A stretch of 64,000 nt of DNA from Octopus sinensis. Lineage: Eukaryota. The position numbers and the translations under genes were made by a program. Below are positions 53,025 through 64,000 of this stretch, piece after piece (the stretch's first letter is position 1; every line of letters starts with the position of its first letter). The stretch spans positions 83,142,001 through 83,206,000 of the forward strand of contig NC_043004.1 in assembly GCF_006345805.1 (NCBI RefSeq), read 5' to 3'. Under the pieces are notes generated by a model. That model was not told the DNA's origin. It did not search any database and was given only the letters and a program-made list of their open reading frames with translations.

Positions 53025-53699
53025 TGTGCGTCTGTGTGTGTATGTGTGTGTGTCATATATCGTAGTTTCTTACATCTGTTAAAATGCTTTATTGATGCAC
53101 CCTGTTGTTTTTAAACTCCCTGAAGTGATTGATGCATTGTTCCACATTATTCCTCCTCTCGGATTTATTTGAATGCGTCCATCGAAATATATAGGAGACT
53201 GACCTTTTACTTTTATGCAAGTTTTGAATTTTATGTCATGTCGCCGGCGGACAGCTTTTATTGTGAAGATAGAATATGAGTGCTTATAAAGGCTTTTATC
53301 GGTTCTCATTGCTATTTCTAGACACGTAAAGGTTTTTACAACCCTCTCCATACTAATTGCGATTTATTCACAACTATATAGTCTTGTTTTATGAATATTT
53401 GTTTTTGATCTCATGTTCTAACCACTGATATATTTGTAAATAGTTTTGAAATTTTTACGATATATGTTTCGTTTGATTATGTAACACACACACACACAAA
53501 CACACACACATACATACACACATATATATATAACAAATAGAGAGACAGCGAGAGAGAAAATGGGAGATAGAAAGATAGACAGACAGTGTCTGTGACTGAA
53601 CCGATAATACAAAGCATATCCATCGCCTTAAAATCTCTGAGATTTTACTGCCTCTAGATTTCTTATAGGGATAATATGTAAATATTTTATAACGCTTAC

Positions 53700-54653
53700 C
53701 GATCTGTTTAGATAAAGTCCACAGCAAAACATCACAATCAAAGCAAGTAGGCATCCGAACGCCAAGAATAATGCGTGGATGTATATATGCGAATTAATTT
53801 GGAATGAATCGTCTATTATTCCATAAGCGGTAATACAGCAGCTAATAAAACTGCCAATGACAATAAATCCTGAAATAATTTTGAATTAATAATTTCCTAA
53901 GTTCAGGATTATAATCAAGGTGTCATGAGTGTTATATATTTCTATAATTTGTCTGTGTATGTTGAAAACTTTTGAATTAGCTGATTGAGTTTCCTTTACA
54001 TATCGGTGAGCCTTATTTGCTACTTTGTTAAACTCATGAGTAAGTGTAATCCCAGTTATAAGATCTATGTACAGATCAACTAATACGGACAGAAGTGACA
54101 TGCAGTTAAACACAACCTGGATTGTAAAAAATGGGATCTTATAACAAACATTGTTAGATACAGGAAATGTGAAGAACAACAGCAAATCATGACTTAAAAG
54201 CGGTAACATCACCTCCCAAATTACGCAAATTATCATAGTTAAAGTTAAAAATATGCATAAAGTTATATATGAGAATATAAAGTTTTTGTTATAGAATTTG
54301 CAATCTTCATCTTCAATTTTAATTTCGGCAAATGTTTTGATTAGTTCTTGGTGTTTAGAATTTCGTAATAGTTTCGACAAACAAAAACAGGAAAGAAAGC
54401 ACTGGTAAAAAATTATTTGAATATACACAAATATTTCATCACTTTTTAAAGTGTGTTTGTCCATAAAATATGCAATGTGGTGAATAGGGTTCATAATGAA
54501 ATATATACAGAGCAGTAAATAAAATATTTGCGAAGAAATTCTTTTAAAATTTAAGGATTTGATTGATGAGATGGTGAAATTTGCTCTCCTAAAATTATTG
54601 CATCTTTCATAGAATTTCAGCATTTCAAAAAACTTCGTTTCTTTTAATGTCAT
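53700..54653 (-). pseudogene. GRL cassette 5: full-length 318-codon exon with one in-frame TAA (53886-53888)
   Basis: ATG at 54653 (MTLKETKFF). After LGNY* the same frame continues FKIISGFIVIGSFISCCITAYG...FCCGLYLNRS|GTAAGC. The stop aligns with Ser of the paralogous VNESLQ. Confidence 0.8.
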
Positions 54654-55231
54654 GTTTTTTAATATCTCCAGCTTCTGCACAAGTTATTTTTGTATCCATC
54701 TTTAAACCAAAACGTATAAACCACGTTATCTCTAATTATTTGTCAATTTCTTAATTATTCTAATTACTTGTGGAAAATATGTCTGTGAAAATCATAAAAA
54801 TTATCTGATACACGATATGTAATTCAGGTGAAGGGTTTCCTGTTCGCATGTATTTAAATAAGTCATATCAGTTTCACACTCTGTTATAGAGCAGAATCAC
54901 TCTGATTTTGACTAGAATCCAGCAGAGAAAATGTGCAATATCTAATGTTTATAATGTGAGAAGTAATATAAAAATAATAATGTCAGCAAATGGGTTTATG
55001 TAATTAGGGATAATGTATTAACAAATTGCTTATCATAAGAATCTCATGAATTATTGTACATTATGATTACGTAACTGTCATCTTTCATAACTAAAGCAAA
55101 CAGATGTCATGTTTCGAGATAAGTAAAAATTCATATCAAATGCGTAACTAGGAGCAAACGTATATGTTTGTAGACTCTCATAAACTCATTGCTCTTGTGT
55201 GTGCGTGCATTTAGTCATACATGCACATGTG

Positions 55232-55379
55232 GCTGTGTAGTTAGTAGAGTGCTTACCGACCACATGATTCTGGGTTCAGCCTCACCGCGTGGCACCTTGG
55301 GTAAGTGTCTTCTGCTATAGCCACGGGCCGTCCAATGGTTTGTGAATGAATTTGGTAGACGGAAACTGAAAGAAGACTG

Positions 55380-55473
<94 letters not shown>

Positions 55474-55560
55474 TTATGTATACATATATGTATGTCTGTG
55501 TGTCCCACCATCATATCATCACTTGACAACCAATGTCGGTGTGTTTATATCCCCGTAAAA
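55232..55560 (+). mobile_element. SINE family B with expanded internal (TA)n
   Basis: Homology to the other family B copies. Confidence 0.75.
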
Positions 55561-55647
55561 TTATCGTATATAACTGTGTATATATATATATATTTATATA
55601 TATACAAATACATATACATGCATACACACACACACACACACACCACA

Positions 55648-55715
<68 letters not shown>

Positions 55716-57742
55716 AGGAGTATATATATATAATTGCGCTCGTGTTTACACATATGATGATAAATTTATCGATATGCATAGCGATAAAGATAAACTCGAA
55801 AATCTACTGTTCGTGCAAAAATATAAAGTTCAACCGTTAACATGGCCACACCTTTACGTATTATTACAACCTACTACTGAAAACAACGAAATACTAACTG
55901 ATTAGAACTATGCAGACAAACACACACACCTAACACATAAATTAGTTTATCACACTAACAAAAGTAGAAAAGATATACTGATATATCTCAGCTCCATTCA
56001 CTTGTGTGGATCCATTTACGTTTGCGATTAGTGAGACGTATGATAATTTCTGATAATTGGTATTGCAGAATCGTGATTTGACAAACATAAAATGGTGTCT
56101 AATTAATTGTTTCCCCACTTCGAACTGGAGCGATTGATTTTGAAGATAGTCTAATATGTATCCTGATTGCTTCATCCAATAATCCCTTCACAGCAGGTAT
56201 TAAACGACCTCTTAAATGATTGTTTTCAATCCATGTCTGTAAATATATATATTAGCAGTTATATCCTCTCAGTTGTAATCCGGCACTTCAATATGGAATT
56301 AGCTAAGCTGTGATATGAAAATGTAAGAAATACGTTACATGGCATTCGCAGAAAGGTCTTGGATATGACTACGCAGAGGGGTCCCAATTTTCTTGCACGG
56401 TAGTGGCGAACGAAAATAAGCAAGGGCGTGAACATGAGCACAATTTTCAAATATACAGCTCTAGATTGTCCTAAAAATGATGAGGATCACTCAAATTAGA
56501 AAATAGACCATAAAGACAAAGTAGCGACAGCGGTGACAATAGTCCAATCAGTGATATGAAGACTGTACAAAAACAATAGAATAACAGACCTTGAAAGTTG
56601 CCGCAACGTCACATACGGACTAAAAGATGACTCTGCTCAGCACAGCCCGCTAAACCTTCTCGCTAGTTCAATTTATCAGCGCAGCTCAAACAGCTTATTC
56701 TTTGCTTATAGGCAGAAGCTCTAAAAATTCATCACTGTTAAAATTGATTCAAATCAGATAAGAAATATTCCAGGGAATCACTATTATTTATACAAAACAA
56801 ACTACTTTATTGACAAAGAAATATAACACTGGGAAACGATAATAACAAAAGCTGCCACCTACAGCATTAAATAGTTGTGTATGTAAATATAATTCTACAT
56901 TTCTGAATTTGATTGTTACATGTAAATCAGGAACATAAAAGAAAAGCTGTTGGGGCAGTAGACATCCTCATAAAACTGTAGGAAATTTGATGGTAATAAG
57001 AAAGTAGGAGAATACGAAGAATAAGAAGAAAGGCCAGATAAGGCGAATGTATAAGATTAATTTTAACATGGTATATCAAAACAGACTACTATTAATATAA
57101 TGAATAATATTTAAAGAGAGTCAAGACTATCGAAAAGGTTGCAAGACGCAAGGAAAAGTTTAGGAAAATAAAAATAAGAAATAAGTGGAAATTTTACCGA
57201 TGAGTGTGTTAAAATATAGGGCACAAAAGGAAAATACCTCTCCCCATACACAACAAAATTTGCTTCAACACACGAACTCATATAAGGAATCTTGCAAACC
57301 AAATCCAAAAACGAAATATTTAAGGAGATTTTGCTCATTAATAACGATTTCTATTAATATTTAAAATTATGATATATTTGTGCAGCTTTAATATCGTTGT
57401 TTGTTGTACGTTGTAAAGAACAACGGTTTGTCTGCGGTTATTTTCAGTACCGTATCAGATGTTTGCATAAGATGTGCACTAAAGTACACCCTGAAATCTA
57501 CTAGAAAAAGAATAACTGTGAGCAACTGTCATAGGAGAATTTACTGAAGCCTTTTTAGAGATAAGGATAGAGCAAAACAAATACGTTGGTATTATAGAAA
57601 AGGAGTTAAATTAGAATATTAAAAGAATGAAAAACAGTCACAAATTCTTAAAGTAGATGTTGCTGTTGCCCCACCATAATATGCATAAATGTAATACAGG
57701 AATACATACAAGCATAAATAAACACATACAAACACACACACA

Positions 57743-57787
<45 letters not shown>

Positions 57788-58239
57788 AAGTTCAAGGAGA
57801 AAGAGAAGATAGATTAGCCTATCACCCTCCCAGTCAGGCCAATACATATTCCTTTTGGGAACGGTGTATCACGCGTAATAGTAATTAGTAGTGCGTCGTG
57901 TAAATATTTTCTTTCCTCCTATTTGGTTATAATATATATCCAACGTGCAATTTCCTTTTGTTTACTAAATTTTTCCTCATACATTCAGAATTTAGGGTAG
58001 AAATTTAACTTTTTCCTCTACAAGTATGTTTCCGTTACTAACCCAACTTATCTTCGTAGGACCATATCTATGAATTTACCATTGTTTACATTTTGGCTAT
58101 CGTCTCTGGTTTCCATGCTATTATGTCTAGCATTTGCATTGCCCTGTCTAGCTGCTGTAGGAATCGTAACATCTGTCTCCCTTCCATTGCCTGCTTTTTT
58201 GGGGTGGTTGTTTCCCTGACATTATTTCTAAATGTGTTA

Positions 58240-58430
58240 GTAGGTCGAGCGAAATGCTTAACGATGTTTCGTCCGCCGTTAGATTATGAGTTAGAATTCC
58301 GCCGAGGTCGACTTTGCTTTTCATCCCTTTGGTATCTATAAAATTAGTACCATTTACGCACTGGGGTCGATGTGATCGACTTAAACCCTTCCTCCAAAAT
58401 TTGAGGCTTGTGCTTCCAGTAGAAATGATT
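58240..58430 (+). mobile_element. SINE family A
   Basis: gtcgactttgcttttcatccctttgg core. Confidence 0.7.
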
Positions 58431-59136
58431 ATTTCTAATGGGGTGTTGAGGATCCTTCTAGGCCGGCTATTTATCTTTCTGACTCTATGTGTGTGCTAGC
58501 TTCCATTATGAGCATTATTATCACAATTGTTTCTACCAATTACATTAGAGTTGTCTCTTGCGGTCTGGAATTCAGATATTCGCCTAGCAACATCTAATCA
58601 AACTTGTCAACAAACCCAATTCTTTTATACGCCGCTTCATACAGTGTGAATACAATTTTGACTGAGACTAAGAGAAAAAATAACACACCCTAAGAATTAC
58701 AGCATTTATTTAAGTCACAGAAATTTCCCCCACCTGATCCACAACTGGCTATATTTTAAGATGTAACTTCCTCTAGTACACAAATAACAGCTAAGAAAAC
58801 TGCACGCACCAGTCAAGGAACTCAAGAAGGAAGTAAAGATTTTTGTAAACGGAGACAAAACCGCTATTTTATAATACTTGGTCTATAATCTACATCAATC
58901 TCCGCTTAGAAAAGAGATCCCAAAAGCTACAAATTGGCACATACAAACAAGCTGATTAAAATTTGCAGGTCAAGAAACTAGTGGTGAAGTTAAATTTGAG
59001 GTTTAGATTTACAAGTAATGGACCTTAACTACCAAGAACCTTAAATAAACCTGAGAGACAATAAGCCTAACTTCACTATTAACCTATGAATACCTATATC
59101 AAAACGTGATCCATAAAGATAAATAATAACACTTAC

Positions 59137-60096
59137 TGATCGGTTTAAACGAAGTCCACACCAAATCATTCCTATGCAATAGAGCATGTAAGTTATAAAC
59201 TTCAGTAGCATATAAAGGTGTACATAGGGAGCAGATTTAAAGGAATTATTTATCATTCCATACGTGGCAATACAGCTGCTTATTATATTAGCAAGGACGA
59301 TAAATCCGGATGATATCTGCAGTGATTCGTTCACAAATCTCAGTATTGCGCTTAGAGTATCGTGTCTATTACATATTTCTTCAATCCCTCTATGTGTCTT
59401 GAACATAACAGTCTTATCTGATTGTTGTTCTTTTAAGCACTTCTGGGCCTCATTCGCCACTTTCTTAAACTCATAAATAAGTGTAAGACTGATTATAAGA
59501 TCAAAATAGAGATCGAATAACACAGTCACCAAAGAGAAACCATTGAAGATGAGTTGTATTGTTAAAACTGGAATGTAATATGTATTATTTGTTGGTACAG
59601 GAAATGTTAAAAACATAAGAATATCGCTACTGCAGAGCGGCAAAATAAGATCCATACACACATTGGAAATGACAGACACGGATATATATACAAATAAAGT
59701 TGTATATGAAAATATTAAATTACAGTTATAATATTTTTTACTTTCCTCTTCAATTTCAAGATCGGCGAATTTTTCAAATAGTTGCTTGTCGTTAGAATCC
59801 CTGAAGAGTTTCACCAAACAGAAGAGTGCTAAGAAACTCCTGTAGAGAATTATGTAACAATACACAAATATTCCACTAGCGTTAGCATTTTGCAATTGTA
59901 TTAAAGTCACAATATGCCGAATCGGGTTTACAATCAAATATATAATGTACAATAAGTAAATTGCAGAGAAACAAATTACTTTCAAATCGAATGTTTTCAG
60001 GATGGATTTATTCATAATATATTTCCGAATATTACTAATTTTTCGATATAATTCCAACATTTTAAACAATTGTGTTTGTTTTGCATCCATACTCAT
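59137..60096 (-). CDS. GRL first coding exon, cassette 6 (320 codons from the first ATG, intact)
   Basis: ATG at 60096 (MSMDAKQTQLFKMLELYRKI); the ORF-track start at 60159 is a GTG. Motifs LTFPVP, YEFKKVANEA and ICNRHDTLSAILRFVNESLQ. Ends WCGLRLNRS|GTAAGT. Confidence 0.8.
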
Positions 60097-60673
60097 TCTA
60101 ATTCCGTCGTATGAAGAGACTTTTGCTTTCAAATAGATAAACACGGCAATAGAGTCCACACGATATATAAAGCAATTTTAAAGTTTTCCGCTCTTTCTTT
60201 CTTGTCTAGATTTGACTGTGTTGTAAAATTTAATGTAACGGTAAAATTGAAACAATAACCGATGGCAAAATAAAGTAATTATGAAAGGCCTGTAGAAATT
60301 CGACAGCATTAGTGTATATGATGTTAGCTTTAACTAGTTGCTAAAGATCTGAATGCCTTTGTACTAAAAATTTTATTGTCATGAAAGTATAAAAGATGTA
60401 AGTCCACTTTCTATGAAACCTGGTCAATATTCCTTTCTGTCTAAACAAAAAACTAATCCGTATTCTTATTTACAGTCGATATAATATTAAATAGCATGTA
60501 TATTTATATGCATAAATATACATATATATAACTACACAAACACACATATACACATATGTATCCATATGTATGTGCATACAAGGGTGTGTGTATATATATA
60601 TATCTGCATACATACACACAAACACACACACCTATATATGTATGTATATGTGTATATATATATGTATATAAAA

Positions 60674-60712
<39 letters not shown>

Positions 60713-60963
60713 GTTAATATTCCTTTCTGTCTAAACAAAAAACAAATCCGTATTCTTATTTACAGTCGATATAATATTAAATAGCATGTATATTTATATG
60801 CATAAATATACATATATCTAAATACACAAACACACATATACACATATGTATCCATATGTGTGTGCATACATGGGTGTGTGTATATATATATATCTGCATA
60901 CATACACACAAACACACAAACTTATATATGTATGTATACGTGTATGTGTATGTATATAAATAT

Positions 60964-60996
<33 letters not shown>

Positions 60997-61948
60997 AATA
61001 CATATATACATACACATATACATATATAAGGGTGTGTGTTTGTGTGTATGTATGCAGATATATATATACACACACCCATGTATGCACATACGTACGGATA
61101 CATATGTATAAATGTGTGTTTATGTATTTATATATATGTATATATATGCATATAAATATACATGCTATTTAATATTATATCGACTGTAAATAAGAATACG
61201 GATTTGTTATTTGTTTAGACAGAAAGGAATATTGACCAGGTTTCATAGAAAGTGGTCTTACATCTTTTATACTTTCATGACAACAAACTTTATAGTTCAA
61301 ACGCTTTCAGATCTTTAGCAACTGCTTAAAGCTAACATCATATACACTAATGCTGTCGAATTTCTACAGGCCTTTCAAAATTACTTTATTTTGCCATCGG
61401 TTATTGTTTCAATTCTACCGTTACATTAAATTTTACAACACAGACAAAACTAGACAAGAAATAAAGAGCGGAAAACTTTAAAAATTGCTTTATATATCGT
61501 GTGGACTCTATTGCCGTGATTATCTATTTGAAAGCAAAACACTATTAATACGACGGAATTAGAATGAGCATGAAAGCAAAGCAAACACGATTCTTTAAAA
61601 TGTTGGAATTATATCGAAAAATTAGTAATATTCGGAAATATATTATGAATAAATCCATCCTGAAAACATTCGATTTGAAAGTAATTTGTTTCTCTGCAAT
61701 TTACTTATTGTACATTACATAATTGATTGTAAACCCGATTCGGCATATTGTGACTTTAATACAAATGTAAAATGCTAAAACAAGTGGAATATTTGTGTAT
61801 TGTTACGTAATTCTCTAGAGGAGTTTCTTAACACTCTTCTGTTTGGTGAAACTCTTCAGGGATTCTAACGACAAGCAACTATTTGAAAAATCCGCCGATC
61901 TTGAAAATGAAGAGGAAAGTATAATATATTATAACTGTAATTTAATAT
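59713..61948. repeat. Large imperfect palindrome centred on a TA-rich tract (about 60960-61000)
   Basis: About 61000-61948 is the reverse complement of 59713-60975. The left arm carries an extra tandem copy of about 294 bp (60427-60720). Confidence 0.92.
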
Positions 61949-61950
61949 AT
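61564..61950 (+). pseudogene. Inverted, 3'-truncated duplicate of GRL cassette 6
   Basis: Translates MSMKAKQTRFFKMLELYRKISNIRKYIMNKSILKTFDLKVICFSAIYLLYIT*LIVNPIRHIVTLIQM*NAKTSGIFVYCYVIL*RSFLTLFCLVKLFRDSNDKQLFEKSADLENEEESIIYYNCNLI. It has three stops and ends in a CA repeat. Confidence 0.9.
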
Positions 61951-62243
61951 ACACAAACACACACACACACACACGCACACATATATACACATACTTATTA
62001 TATATTGATTATTCCTGTTTTTACGGTTTGTGATCTAGTTATGATTTATGGAAATATATTATATTTGTTATTTATGTTTTTGTTTGTGTCTATAATTGTT
62101 TGAATTGCATAACAGTAGTTTTATCTCTTAATTATATTTTAGATATTTACATTGCGAAATTTGATTTAATACTAAACTGAATTTTTCTCAGTAGGTTTGG
62201 AATTATACTCCCTAATAATATTATTATATATACATAGATACAC

Positions 62244-62347
<104 letters not shown>

Positions 62348-62692
62348 GAACGCAATACCTGGTGTGTCGAATATAAAGACATTTTTGTCAGAAGGAATAA
62401 ATTAAAGCAATTTCAAAGGTGTAGATTAAATAAAATCAAGTATAAACGTAAATTTAAAACAGCTCAGAAACATTATTTTATATAATATAAATTTGGATAA
62501 GGGAAATGTAATATAGATTTAATGGAAAAGTCGACAGAAGCGGAATCAAAAATTCCAAACTGAGGTACTGGATGAATAATGCCAAGCATTTTGTGAAGTC
62601 CGCTAAGAATCTGTCAGTATTCCTGCCTTTTTAGCAATAATATTAAGAATGATAAATAAATGCAATTATAGTAGATTAAGCAAGCAATATTA

Positions 62693-62743
<51 letters not shown>

Positions 62744-62746
<3 letters not shown>

Positions 62747-64000
62747 GTCACCCAGGCACTGCAAATACTAAGCAACTGGAAGGCACCTGGGCATGACAAG
62801 ATCCCCAACTTCTGGTTGAAATATCTAACAGGAATGCACAAAAAGCTGGCTGAAAACTTTCACAACGTACTAGCAGAGCCAGAGACAATGCCTGAATGGC
62901 TCACGAAGGGGAAAACCATCTTAATTCCCAAATCAAGTGAGACAGAAAAACCAGAAAACTACAGACCAATAACCTGCCTCCCTACTATGTTCAAGGCATT
63001 TACTGCAGTGATATCACAAAGGCTGAACAAGCACCTGGACAAAAACAAACTGTTCCCAGAAGAGCAGAAAGGATGCCGCAAAGGCTCATATGGCTGTAAA
63101 GATCAACTAATGATTAATAAAGCCATAACTGAAGACAGCCACAGAAAGAAGAAAGGCCTCAGTATGGCCTGGATTGACTACAAAAAGGCGTTTGATAGCA
63201 TCCCCCACACATGGATCCTCGAAACACTAGCCATTAACAAAGTAGCACCAACAATCATAAAATTCATAGAGCACTCTATGAATAAATGGCAAACAGTCCT
63301 ACACCTCCAAACAAAAGAGGGACTCATGAAAACCAAAGACATCCCCATTAGAAGAGAAATATTCCAGGGAGACACGCTCTCTCCACTCCTTTCCTGCTTG
63401 GCACTGTCACCTCTATCTGATATGCTAAATAGAACTGGATGCGGATATAAATGTTACGGCAAAACGATCAGCCACCTTTTATATACGGATGACCTAAAAC
63501 TATACGCTGCAAATGACAAAAAGCTGGAAACACTATTAAAGACAGTTCATGGATTTACCAAAGAAATAGATATGAAATTTGGATTAGAAAAATGCGCCAA
63601 AGTAACCCTGAAAAGAGGAAAACTAGTTAAGAGTAACAACATCACACTAGATAAAACCAATGAAATAAAAGAATTAGACCAAAGCCAAACTTACAAATAC
63701 TTAGGAATCCATGAACTAGATAAGACACAACACACACAAATGAAAGAGAAAATAAAAAAAAAATATTATAGACGAGTTAGATCAATACTAAACACAGAGC
63801 TCAATGCTAAAAACAAGATAATAGGTATCAACACTTTAGCTGTCCCAGTTATAAGTTACAGCTACAATATCCTTAACTGGACACGAAATGAACTGACCAA
63901 AATAGATAGGAAAACAAGAAAAATACTGACAGGATCTAGGATGCATCACCCAAAATATGACATAGAAAGACTATATATACAACGTATAGAAGGTGGTAGA
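62744..64000 (+). mobile_element. 5'-truncated R4/Dong-clade non-LTR retrotransposon, RT frame open to the window end
   Basis: 419 uninterrupted codons: WKAPGHDKIPNFWLK, ENYRPITCL, EEQKGC, WIDYKKAFDSIPH, IFQGDTLSPL, HLLYTDDLKLY, YKYLG. The 5' junction is in (AAT)n. Confidence 0.92.

Noticed and set aside
53079-53351. Possible Tc1 transposase relic (RGGIMW..)
   Set aside because: Only a weak motif, with no TIRs identified.
55942-56175. 77-aa minus-strand ORF (ILDYLQNQSLQ...) as a GRL IC3 exon
   Set aside because: No good acceptor, no homologue in other spacers and no TM7 motif.
57190-57560. Possible eighth, very old GRL relic (14-nt match atttcagggtgtac to cassette 3; LIEIVINEQNL; FCALYFN..gtaaa)
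   Set aside because: The matches are out of order and wrongly spaced, so they cannot be told from chance without an alignment.

Overview
AT-rich, microsatellite-dense animal genomic DNA. The tRNA-derived SINE families and repeat landscape point to an octopus or other coleoid cephalopod (inference). The main non-repeat content is a minus-strand tandem cluster of six paralogous large exons, about 955-980 bp where not deleted (2495-3448, 14178-14861, 17772-18728, 40266-41243, 53700-54653, 59137-60096). Each encodes TM1-TM6 of a gustatory-receptor-like (GR/GRL, 7TM ion-channel fold) protein and ends at the same codon with a phase-0 GT donor (...GxxL[N/H]xS/A|gt). Four are intact, one has a single nonsense codon and one is a decayed pseudogene. 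A seventh, truncated copy was made by a fold-back inversion (61564-61950, + strand). I could not find a convincing pore-forming TM7 exon between the cassettes. This raises the hypothesis that they are alternative 'variable' first exons spliced to shared 3' exon(s) left of the window, as in Drosophila Gr28b/Gr39a. The spacers hold many transposons: mariner (DD34D), maT (DD37D), Helitron, Tx1, CR1-like, RTE and R4/Dong LINEs, Penelope-like elements with hammerhead-like motifs, three SINE families, and several large palindromes.
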